The notes below the pieces were generated by a model. That model was not told the DNA's origin. It was given only the letters and a program-made list of their open reading frames with translations, and did not search any database. A stretch of DNA of 64,000 nucleotides from Acinetobacter phage At2. Made by a program: the position numbers and the translations under genes. The DNA is taken from sequence record PQ656108.1. One strand, given 5' to 3'. Below, in pieces: positions 35,069 through 44,087 of this stretch (the stretch's first letter is position 1; each line of letters starts with the position of its first letter).

Positions 35069-38000
35069 TTACCATAATCCTAACCGAACACGTACACGGT
35101 TATTATCATCATAAACTGTAATCAAACTACCTTGCATTACCATACGTGCCTTTAAAGGTTGAGCAGGATCTTTGTATGTTATTAGTGTACCTAAATTAGC
35201 ACTAATAGCACTTAGTTCAGTTACATTCATCTTATCTGCTGTGATAGTTCCTGCTTGAATCCTAGCTGCTGCAATGTATCCTGCATTAATTTTACTAGCA
35301 TCTAAGTTAGCAATCTTAGCGTTATCTACTGCAAGGTTTGCAATCTTAGCATTAGTAATAGCAGCATTGGCAATATGTGCTGTACCAATAGTAGCATTAG
35401 CAATCAGTGCAACATCAATCCATGTACCTGCAGGATAAGTCACACCTCCGATAGTTTGGCTAGAAGTAAGAATCATAAATGGCTTCTTACCATTAGCAGG
35501 TTTACCTACATAGAAGTAATCCGCATTAATACCAATAGCAGAGCTAGTACCAGTATTGATTAAACCAATACCTGAAACCAACCCATTCACATCAAGCTTG
35601 ATAGAGTATTCAGCTTGAATACCATTAATAGACTGACCGTGAATAGCAATGGTAGATGTATGACCATCTACAGTAGTCTGTAACTGAGTTAAGCTATTTG
35701 ATGTAGCAGTAACCTTACCATCAATGTTAGTTACTTGAGTCTGTAAAGTACTAATAGCATTAGCTGAATCTTCTGGTGCAGGTTCCCAACCAACAGGTAT
35801 TGATGACACTGTCATCGTTACGTTGGAGATAGTGAAAGCTCCTCCCGATGTTTGGGTATGGAAAGGGAAAGTTGAAGGAAACTCAGATGCACCGTTAATC
35901 CAAGTTGCAGGTAAAGTGAATTGGTTTTTAATTCTATACTTACCTACTGGTTGGGATGCAGCGTTATTTAACCATACACCACAGTAATGTGTTGCACCTG
36001 CTATGGTGAAACTTGACTCAAACCCAATCCTATTCCTTGAGCCTACACCGACAGGAGAAGTAATATCAATATCAAATGCCATTGAGATTACAGATCCTGG
36101 GAACAGTAACTTAGACATTGCAGCAGTTAATACAGCCTTAGTACCTCCTGTAGCACTATCTAATAAGTAGTTACGTGTATTAATACCCTCAGCTAGTTTA
36201 GCTTCAACACGTGTAGATGCTTCACTTGCTGCAGTAGCTTTACCATCAATTAAACTTACGTTTGTATTTAAAGTATTAATTGCAGAAGTGTGACCTTCTA
36301 CAGTTGGTTTCATCTCATAAGAGCCAGGGAACCAATCATTACCTAGAATAGTTGGGCCTTTAACCAACACTGCCCAATAGACAGTAGCAACTGTACCCTT
36401 ATCCGCAGTAGGTTTATTAATACAGTAGAAGTTAATAACAGGGTCATTCGCACTATTAGCTTTAGTGAATGTAACCTTACGAACAGTTTTAGCTTGGTTA
36501 GTAATACTATCAACTGATTGTTGACCCCCACCAATATAAACAGACAGATTAGAGTTAGTATCTCCAGTACCACGTTGATGTTCACCACACCATAGCAACG
36601 TATATTGCTGTCCTACGACACAAGCCTTATCCAATGCATAAGCTACATGGGGATAAGAAACACCATTGTATGTACCTACCACATTAGAATTAATTGCTAA
36701 GTTGTTTGTAGCATCTGCAGCATTATTCAGAGTAGTTGTTACACCAGTAATTGCACCAGTGTTAGCAGTGATCTGATTACCCTGAGATGTGATTGTACTC
36801 TGCATACTATTGATAGCATTAGTGTTGGCAGTAGTATTAGTCTCTACGTTAGTAACCCTACCAGTTAGGTTAGTTAGATCACTCGTGTTAGAAGTTATCT
36901 TCCCATCCATAGTAGTAATCTGAGCCTGCATACTAGCAACCGCAGTAGCATTAGCTGAAATATTATTAGTTAACTCTTTATTACTTGGTTTCCAAGCAGA
37001 AGCTTTATTACCAACTTCAAATTGAATATCAGATATGCATACATCGTAAGCTGTACTAAACTTACCGCCTATATGCAAGTTAAAACCAGACTTAGTATTA
37101 ACTAAGCTTGATGATCTAAAAGTTAGTGAATACCTCTTAGGTGACATAGTTATTTGAGATGTAGTCATATTAATCTGAGGGTCATTATTACCACCACCAG
37201 TCTGATGTACCAACATCTGTATAAATTGTGCACTAGAAGAGTTTGTATAAGCTAAAAATGAAACAGTATATTCAGTATCAGGGATGAAGGGTACTAAACC
37301 AGTTTGAGAGATACCTTTAAATAACGAAGTATCGGGTGCTATCAGTCTTGCATAACGTTTGCCAGATAGTACCTCAAAGTTACGTGCTGCATTACCCCAA
37401 ACATTCCAATTTGACCAATCAGGTGTAGCAGCAAAATTACCATTAACTAATAAGTTATCACCACCTACAGCCATATTATCAAAGCTAGCTTTTAATGCTG
37501 TTTGAGCTTGGGTGTTAGCTGTAATCAAACCACCTTGATTAGTAACTTCATTCTGTAAGTTTTGTACAGACTGTGTAGATGCCTTAGTAGTAAGGTCATT
37601 CTTTACAACAACCATATCTGCCTTAAGCGTAGTGGTATCAGAAGTAAGCGTAGTAATCTTACCGTCTTGCTCAGTATTCTTAATTTGTAGTTGGTTTACT
37701 GCAGTAGTATTCGTAGTGATGTTGCCTTCTGCAGCAGTCATACGAGTCTTTAAACCAGTGATATCAGCAGTGTTAGTTGTGGTCTTACCATCAATAGTAT
37801 TAACCTTAGTCTCTAAAGTATTGAAGGCAGTAGTATCTACCTTACCACCTAGAGAAGCTTCTACTGTAGATACACGTCCTGCAGTTACCTCATTGGCAGC
37901 AGCAGCAGCTTCTGCCTTCTGAGTAGCACTAGCAGCATTAGTCATAGCTTGTGATGCATCTGCTTGAGCTACAGTAACTCGGGCATCAATAGCAGACAGT

Positions 38001-39115
38001 TGTGCAGCGTTAGCTTCAACCTTACCAGTAGTAACTGTAAGCTCTTCACGGATATTAGCTAAGCTTGTATCGTTAGACAGCTTAAGGTTGTTGATCATCT
38101 CAATAGATGCATTATCACCTTCGATACGCTCAAGAGTCTCTTGAGTTAAACCATCATTAAGTAACTCTACTTGAGCCACACGTGTAGCAGTCTCTTTAGA
38201 TATTTCAAAAACACGAGCATCAGTCTCAGCAACAACAGTTGATGCAATCTCATCTGTCTTACGTACAACCTCAGCAGACAATGCTTGAGATAAGTTAATC
38301 ATCTCAATAGCGGTATCTTGTGCTTGTTGTGCAAGCTTATTATTGATTGAATTAATATCCGTAAGGTTCTGTGCAAGCTTATCGTCTAGCTCTTTGATAA
38401 TAGGGGCTTGAGACAATGCTTCGATAGCCTTATCAATAATGTCTTGCTCTACAGGTAACTTATTTTGTAAGTCTTGAAGGGCTTGATCTAAATCACCATC
38501 AATAACAGTTTGATAGTCTTTGAACTTACCAAGAATCTCTAAGTCCCATTCACGAGCTTGAGACAAGATAGTCCATGCACCCATATTAATCTCACCATTA
38601 TCCATAGTGATCTGAATAGAGTCTGTAGTGATGTCTTGGAGCATGTCTTCATACTTAGCAATACGTTGACTCATTGAGATGTACTTATCATCTAAATCAG
38701 TCTGAACAATACCAATAGCTGTATAGATCTGATGCTCACGATGGTCAAAGCTAGCAACAGCATTACTGATCTTAATATCAAGATCTATGCCTAACTGCTC
38801 ACGTGCTAATTTCTCAGTAGCTATCTCTAAGTCAGTTTTGATTCTGTAGTCTGATAAGGCTTGTGTTAATGCATTAATGGAATTAACATTTATTAGGTCA
38901 CCTTCAGACCTGTGCAATACCTCAGTAGACAGACGTGACTCAGTACCTTGGTTAGCAGTATTTACATCTGCAACCAACTGGTTATTAGCATTATCCCCTG
39001 TAACCCTTGAGATAGTTTCATTCTGTAAACTTTCCCATAGACGCTGATCCTCAGCTACCAATTCATTCTTAGTAACCGTTAATCGTAAGTCTACTTCTTC
39101 AATTGTAGTAGTCAT
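35069..39115 (-). CDS. tail fiber / tail appendage protein (1348 aa)
   Basis: N-terminal long coiled coil, central Thr/Asn-rich repeats (TNTTAVNQLQ, ITANTQAQTAL and similar), C-terminal IANAAITNAKIANLAVDNAKIANLDASKINAGYIAAARIQAGTITADKM repeats typical of phage fibers. Confidence 0.7.
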   Translation of the reverse strand: MTTTIEEVDLRLTVTKNELVAEDQRLWESLQNETISRVTGDNANNQLVADVNTANQGTESRLSTEVLHRSEGDLINVNSINALTQALSDYRIKTDLEIATEKLAREQLGIDLDIKISNAVASFDHREHQIYTAIGIVQTDLDDKYISMSQRIAKYEDMLQDITTDSIQITMDNGEINMGAWTILSQAREWDLEILGKFKDYQTVIDGDLDQALQDLQNKLPVEQDIIDKAIEALSQAPIIKELDDKLAQNLTDINSINNKLAQQAQDTAIEMINLSQALSAEVVRKTDEIASTVVAETDARVFEISKETATRVAQVELLNDGLTQETLERIEGDNASIEMINNLKLSNDTSLANIREELTVTTGKVEANAAQLSAIDARVTVAQADASQAMTNAASATQKAEAAAAANEVTAGRVSTVEASLGGKVDTTAFNTLETKVNTIDGKTTTNTADITGLKTRMTAAEGNITTNTTAVNQLQIKNTEQDGKITTLTSDTTTLKADMVVVKNDLTTKASTQSVQNLQNEVTNQGGLITANTQAQTALKASFDNMAVGGDNLLVNGNFAATPDWSNWNVWGNAARNFEVLSGKRYARLIAPDTSLFKGISQTGLVPFIPDTEYTVSFLAYTNSSSAQFIQMLVHQTGGGNNDPQINMTTSQITMSPKRYSLTFRSSSLVNTKSGFNLHIGGKFSTAYDVCISDIQFEVGNKASAWKPSNKELTNNISANATAVASMQAQITTMDGKITSNTSDLTNLTGRVTNVETNTTANTNAINSMQSTITSQGNQITANTGAITGVTTTLNNAADATNNLAINSNVVGTYNGVSYPHVAYALDKACVVGQQYTLLWCGEHQRGTGDTNSNLSVYIGGGQQSVDSITNQAKTVRKVTFTKANSANDPVINFYCINKPTADKGTVATVYWAVLVKGPTILGNDWFPGSYEMKPTVEGHTSAINTLNTNVSLIDGKATAASEASTRVEAKLAEGINTRNYLLDSATGGTKAVLTAAMSKLLFPGSVISMAFDIDITSPVGVGSRNRIGFESSFTIAGATHYCGVWLNNAASQPVGKYRIKNQFTLPATWINGASEFPSTFPFHTQTSGGAFTISNVTMTVSSIPVGWEPAPEDSANAISTLQTQVTNIDGKVTATSNSLTQLQTTVDGHTSTIAIHGQSINGIQAEYSIKLDVNGLVSGIGLINTGTSSAIGINADYFYVGKPANGKKPFMILTSSQTIGGVTYPAGTWIDVALIANATIGTAHIANAAITNAKIANLAVDNAKIANLDASKINAGYIAAARIQAGTITADKMNVTELSAISANLGTLITYKDPAQPLKARMVMQGSLITVYDDNNRVRVRLGLW

Positions 39116-39212
39116 ATTTGTGATCCTCTTAACTATGCAAGGATTATAAACACTTATTATCTAAATGGCAGTCCCTGCCCTCTCTCGACTTTTAAAACCA
39201 TAGGAAATTAAT

Positions 39213-39851
39213 ATGGCAGTAAACTTAATCAGTATTACCCCTGATGCTGAAAAAACTATGGGCTTCATAGCTCGTGTATCAAACCCTGCAAACCAAGACA
39301 ATGAAAATGTAGCAGGTTTACTTGCTTACTGTATTAAGCACAAACATTGGTCGGTATTCGAGCAAGCACACATCACAATGGAAATTGAAACCACACGTGA
39401 TATTGCTGCACAGATCCTACGTCATCGTAGCTTTACATTCCAAGAGTTCAGTCAGCGATATGCTGCAGTTACTGATATTGCAGAAGCACCTGAGCTACGC
39501 CTACAAGATCATAAGAATCGCCAGAACTCTATTGAGGTTGGTGATGATGACCAAGCTATGCAACATAAGCTTGAACTGTTTCGTATTGATATTAGAAATC
39601 TGTTTCAAGAGATTCATTGTTTATACGAAGACATGTTAAAAGCAGGTGTAGCTAAAGAATGTGCCCGTAAAATCTTACCTTTAAATGTAAAAACTAAGCT
39701 TTACATGACTGGTACAGTACGTGACTGGATTCACTACATTGATTTACGTTCATCCAATGGTACGCAAAAAGAGCACATGATCATTGCCGAACAAGCCCGT
39801 GAAGTCTTTAAAAACAATCTTCCAATTGTTGCTAAAGCACTTAACTGGTAA
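39213..39851 (+). CDS. thyX: FAD-dependent thymidylate synthase ThyX
   Basis: ThyX signature RHRSFTFQEFSQRY (RHR-x7-S) at the expected position. Confidence 0.8.
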   Translation: MAVNLISITPDAEKTMGFIARVSNPANQDNENVAGLLAYCIKHKHWSVFEQAHITMEIETTRDIAAQILRHRSFTFQEFSQRYAAVTDIAEAPELRLQDHKNRQNSIEVGDDDQAMQHKLELFRIDIRNLFQEIHCLYEDMLKAGVAKECARKILPLNVKTKLYMTGTVRDWIHYIDLRSSNGTQKEHMIIAEQAREVFKNNLPIVAKALNW

Positions 39852-39882
39852 TATCTCGGCCCCCTGAATATAGGAATGAAAA

Positions 39883-41874
39883 ATGATCAAACCAAAAAAT
39901 AACCAACCATTAGATAAACGCCTACTATCAGACTTCATTGACTACACCGCAGACAACCACATGATTGCTGCAGGTCGTGAAACAGTTAAAGACCGTTATC
40001 TCATTCAACAAGAGACATCTCCTCAAGATGCTTATATGCGTTGTGCTACAGCATTCGCTTCGGATGTTGAACATGCATTACGTATGTACACCTATTTCAA
40101 GAATCACTGGGCAGGCCCTGCTAGTCCTGTATTAGCAAATGCTCCAGTACGAATTAAGTTCTTTGAAGAGTACGAACGTAACTTTAGCCATGAAGCCTAT
40201 GAGTCTGTATATGGCCCATTACCTATTTCATGCTACACAGGTTATGTACCTGATAGCCGTATAGGTATTGCAGATCACTACATGGAAATGTTGTGGATTG
40301 CATCTAATGGTGGTGGTTATGCAGCAGACTGGTCACCACTACGTCCAGGTGGCGCTGTAACGTCCACAGGCGGAGTTTCTGGTGGACTAGTACCATTTTA
40401 CCATGTGACTGATTCATTGGTCACAGCAGCGCACCAAGGCTCAAATAGACGTGCTGTTTATGGTGGTAACATCCGTTGTGATCACGTAGAAGTAATTGAG
40501 TTCTGTGAATCTCGTAAAATGTCAGGTGATCCTAACAAGCGTAGTCGTAACGTATTCCAAGCCATCAAGATTACAGATGCATTTATGCGCTGTGTTTTGA
40601 AAGACAAGAAGTGGCATCTCAAAGATCACAAAGGTGTAATTAAAGAGACTGTAAAGGCTCGCTACCTTTGGGAACTAATTATGGAATTACCATTTGAAAC
40701 TGGTTGCCCATTCTTAGTATTTGAAGACACTTGCCGTAGGTTCTTACCAGAAGAACAGAAAGCTCTTGGTTTAGACTTTAACAACGTAAACATCTGTACA
40801 GAAATTACATTGGCTAACAATGAAGAGCGTACAGCAGTGTGTTGTTTAAGTTCATTAAATATGGCTACCTACAATGAATGGAAAGGTAACAAGCAATTAG
40901 TTAAGGACATGATTGAATTCCTTGATAACGTACTTGAATACTTCATTCAGAATGCTATTTGGTCATGTACCAAAGACTACGATTGGGATAAATTGAAATC
41001 TACATTACGTAGTTCAATTCAAACAGAAGGTATAGTTATCCCTGAACCTATGCTAGACAAGATCGCTAAGAACCTTGTTGAAGTAAACATCATGGGCTTA
41101 CGTAAAGCAGTATTTTCTGCTAAGTCAGAACGTGCTGTTGGCTTAGGTACTATGGGGTGGGACTCATACTTTAAAGTGTGTGATCTACCTTACGAATCTC
41201 GTGAAGCATTGAACATTACACACAATGCTACTAAATGGATTAAGGAGTGTGCTCTTGAAGCTACTTATGAACTTGGTGCACAGCGTGGTGCGGCTCCCGA
41301 TATGGCAAAATCAGGTAGACGAAACAGTCACTTACTTGCTGATGCTCCAACAGCGACCAACTCTCTCATTTGCGGTGGAGTTACGCCATCCCGTGAACCA
41401 CGCTTCCAGAACATCTACCCACAGCAGACTACGTCAGCAACCTTTGAAATGATTGAACCATACTTGCTAAAAGTACTGGACAGTTACGGAATGAATAATG
41501 CAGCTACCATCAAGTCTATCGTAGACAATGATGGTTCAGTTCAGCATTTAGATTTCCTATCAGATCATGAAAAGAAAGTATTACGTACTGCCTTTGAAGT
41601 AGATCAGATGTGGATTGTAGAACATGTTGCTGCAGCACAGAAGTTTGTGTGCCAAGCAATCTCTACTAACCTCTTCTTCAACCCTGGGGTTAAGAGGCGT
41701 TATGTAAATGCTGTTCACTTCATGATGTGGAAGAAGGGCTGTAAGTCCCGTTACTACGTTCGTACGAAAGCTCTTGCATCAAGTAATGCATTTGCAATCA
41801 CCAATGACATGAAAGATCTGGTTGATTACGACAGGCCAGAACTATTTTCACAATGCTTGAGCTGTGAGGGATAA
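39883..41874 (+). CDS. nrdA: ribonucleotide reductase large (alpha) subunit, no obvious ATP cone
   Basis: Catalytic NICTEI (radical Cys plus Glu); C-terminal redox pair CLSCEG; 663 aa; followed by the beta subunit. Confidence 0.75.
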   Translation: MIKPKNNQPLDKRLLSDFIDYTADNHMIAAGRETVKDRYLIQQETSPQDAYMRCATAFASDVEHALRMYTYFKNHWAGPASPVLANAPVRIKFFEEYERNFSHEAYESVYGPLPISCYTGYVPDSRIGIADHYMEMLWIASNGGGYAADWSPLRPGGAVTSTGGVSGGLVPFYHVTDSLVTAAHQGSNRRAVYGGNIRCDHVEVIEFCESRKMSGDPNKRSRNVFQAIKITDAFMRCVLKDKKWHLKDHKGVIKETVKARYLWELIMELPFETGCPFLVFEDTCRRFLPEEQKALGLDFNNVNICTEITLANNEERTAVCCLSSLNMATYNEWKGNKQLVKDMIEFLDNVLEYFIQNAIWSCTKDYDWDKLKSTLRSSIQTEGIVIPEPMLDKIAKNLVEVNIMGLRKAVFSAKSERAVGLGTMGWDSYFKVCDLPYESREALNITHNATKWIKECALEATYELGAQRGAAPDMAKSGRRNSHLLADAPTATNSLICGGVTPSREPRFQNIYPQQTTSATFEMIEPYLLKVLDSYGMNNAATIKSIVDNDGSVQHLDFLSDHEKKVLRTAFEVDQMWIVEHVAAAQKFVCQAISTNLFFNPGVKRRYVNAVHFMMWKKGCKSRYYVRTKALASSNAFAITNDMKDLVDYDRPELFSQCLSCEG

Positions 41875-41877
41875 ACC

Positions 41878-42924
41878 ATGAGCTTTAATCAATCAAACCA
41901 TGACGCATTAACCCTTACAGATTCACGTGAATACTTTAAGCCTTTCCGTTATCCAGAGTTATATGAGATGGCTGAAACCCATCGTAAGATGAACTGGACT
42001 ATTGAAGAGGTACGTAAGTTAAGCCACGACATCAAAGACTGGAAAGAATTAGATGCAGATGAAAAAGCTGTATACCAATTCTTACTCTTGTACTTTACTC
42101 AAGCAGATGTAGACGTAGCAGGCTCTTACTTTGAGAACCTATCTAAGTGGTACACACAACCTGAGCAACGCTTCTGGCTAGCACAGGTAATCCACCGTGA
42201 AGCTACACACGTACAGTGCTATGACATGCTCCCAGATCAGTTTGGTATTCCTAAAACTGAATACTGTGAAATGTTAGACATTGATGCTGTCTATGACCAA
42301 CGTGAATTCATGATTGGTGTTACACAAGCAAACACTTTTGAAGATCGCCTACTAACTTTGACTAAGCACATCTGTGGTGAAGGTATTGGTATCTACGGTA
42401 TCTTCCTCATGCTTATCAATGCTCAACGCTTTGGTAAGATGACTTGTCTTGGTCAAGAGGTTGTTGCATGGTCAGCACGTGATGAAAACCAACACGTTGA
42501 TGGCCTAACTTGGACAGCTAACACTGAGATCTCAGAGAACCCTTCTGAACTAACTCCCGATCTTATTAATAAGATCGTAGCTATGTTTAAGAACTCTGTA
42601 GAGCGTGGTGTTGCATTAGCCAAGTGTGCATACTCGAAAGGTAGTCTACGTGACTTATCAATTGAGCAAATTGAAGTATTCCTTAAGCAGTTAGCGAATG
42701 CACGTATCAGTCGCTTAAACATTGGTGTAGATACTGTCTACCCTGATGTGTCTAAAGAAGTACTTCCACAGGTTGGTTTATTGTTTGCCAAATCAAGTCT
42801 GGTAAACTTCTTTGAAGCTAGTAACACTAACTACTCTGTAGGTAGCTTAACTGGTGAATGGGAATATCCAGATGGTGATTTCCAAACTGACTATGATATT
42901 GAACAATCAATATTGAATGGTTAA
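41878..42924 (+). CDS. nrdB: ribonucleotide reductase small (beta) subunit
   Basis: 348 aa immediately downstream of alpha; ferritin-like helices with E/H ligand pattern (EATHVQCY, EGIGIYGIF). Confidence 0.65.
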   Translation: MSFNQSNHDALTLTDSREYFKPFRYPELYEMAETHRKMNWTIEEVRKLSHDIKDWKELDADEKAVYQFLLLYFTQADVDVAGSYFENLSKWYTQPEQRFWLAQVIHREATHVQCYDMLPDQFGIPKTEYCEMLDIDAVYDQREFMIGVTQANTFEDRLLTLTKHICGEGIGIYGIFLMLINAQRFGKMTCLGQEVVAWSARDENQHVDGLTWTANTEISENPSELTPDLINKIVAMFKNSVERGVALAKCAYSKGSLRDLSIEQIEVFLKQLANARISRLNIGVDTVYPDVSKEVLPQVGLLFAKSSLVNFFEASNTNYSVGSLTGEWEYPDGDFQTDYDIEQSILNG

Positions 42925-42926
42925 TA

Positions 42927-42952
42927 AAGGGCCACCTTCGGGTGGCTTTTTT
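42927..42952 (+). terminator. rho-independent terminator
   Basis: GGGCCACC-ttcg-GGTGGC followed by TTTTTT. Confidence 0.7.
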
Positions 42953-42971
42953 GCCTCTTAAGGAGAGAGCT

Positions 42972-43097
42972 ATGAAAGTAAAAGATCTTATTGAGTTACT
43001 AGAAGACTGTGACCCTGACGCAGAAATTCTTGTTGATCAGCGATACGTTGAGATAGAAATTCAAGACTCAACTTCATACGTAAACCTGAGTACTTAA
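42972..43097 (+). CDS. small acidic protein (41 aa, below track cutoff)
   Basis: ATG with GGAGAGAG RBS; stop 2 nt before the next gene. Confidence 0.3.
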   Translation: MKVKDLIELLEDCDPDAEILVDQRYVEIEIQDSTSYVNLST

Positions 43098-43098
43098 T

Positions 43099-44079
43099 AT
43101 GACTCAGTATACAAACCAAACCAACTTACCCACACCAATTGCTGTGTGGTTAGCTCACGACACTTATGATCGTGAAGCTGCAGGACTATCTGCAACAGCC
43201 TTACTGAAACCAATACGACAAGTGATTCTGTCTAAGCGAGTACCTCCAGGTGAGGGCTTAGTAGATATCTCTGGTTTAATTAAATCTCGTATAGGTTCAG
43301 CAATCCATGATGCCATTGAGCAAGCATGGCTAAGTGAAAAACTACCTGAAACCCTAGCAAGCCTAGGTATCTCAAGTAAGGTAGCATCACGTGTTGTAGT
43401 AAACCCTGCAGACCAACACTTCACTAAACCAGTGATTCCTATGTACTTGGAACAGCGTACTGCCAAAGATGTATTAGGTGTACGTATCACAGGTAAGTTT
43501 GACTTTATTGCAGATGGACGTGTTCATGATTTTAAAACAACAAGTACATTTGCATATACATCGGGTAACAAAGATGATGACTACATACTACAAGGTAGTA
43601 TTTACCGTTGGCTAAATCCTGATATCATTACGGATGACTTAATGTCAATCATCTTTATCTTTACAGACTGGAACAAGAATCGTTACTTGTCTGCTAGGGA
43701 TACTTACCCACCAAGTCAAATTGTATCCCGTGATTTCAAGCTTCTACCTCTGGACACAGTTCAGAAGTATGTAGAAGAACGAGTAACCAAACTAATTGAA
43801 TGTGAGAACTTACCAGAAGATCAGCTACCGCTATGCACTGACAAAGAGCTATGGCGTAAAGAAGATGTGTTCAAGTATTACAAGAACCCTGCTGCTACTG
43901 GTAAGAGTACAAAGAACTTTGATAACTACTCAGACGCATACATGAAGTTCGTAGAGGACGGAAGTGTAGGCCGTATTGATACTGTCAAAGGGCAAGTTAC
44001 TGCTTGCTTATATTGCTCTGGTTTTACTCTGTGCTCCCAAAAGGATGCACTTATTGAAGCAGGTGAACTTAAACTTTAG
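43099..44079 (+). CDS. PD-(D/E)XK nuclease with C-terminal 4-Cys cluster (Cas4/RecB-like exonuclease)
   Basis: GKFDFIADGRVHDFKTT (D...D-x-K); C...C-x2-C-x5-C (CTDK ... CLYCSGFTLC) as in Cas4/AddB Fe-S nucleases. Confidence 0.6.
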   Translation: MTQYTNQTNLPTPIAVWLAHDTYDREAAGLSATALLKPIRQVILSKRVPPGEGLVDISGLIKSRIGSAIHDAIEQAWLSEKLPETLASLGISSKVASRVVVNPADQHFTKPVIPMYLEQRTAKDVLGVRITGKFDFIADGRVHDFKTTSTFAYTSGNKDDDYILQGSIYRWLNPDIITDDLMSIIFIFTDWNKNRYLSARDTYPPSQIVSRDFKLLPLDTVQKYVEERVTKLIECENLPEDQLPLCTDKELWRKEDVFKYYKNPAATGKSTKNFDNYSDAYMKFVEDGSVGRIDTVKGQVTACLYCSGFTLCSQKDALIEAGELKL

Positions 44080-44087
44080 GAATTGAA

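Noticed and set aside
35375-37922. Three ORFs inside the tail fiber gene (35375-35563 and 37632-37922 plus strand, 36343-36588 minus strand)
   Set aside because: They are repetitive low-complexity translations within the repeat-rich fiber gene.
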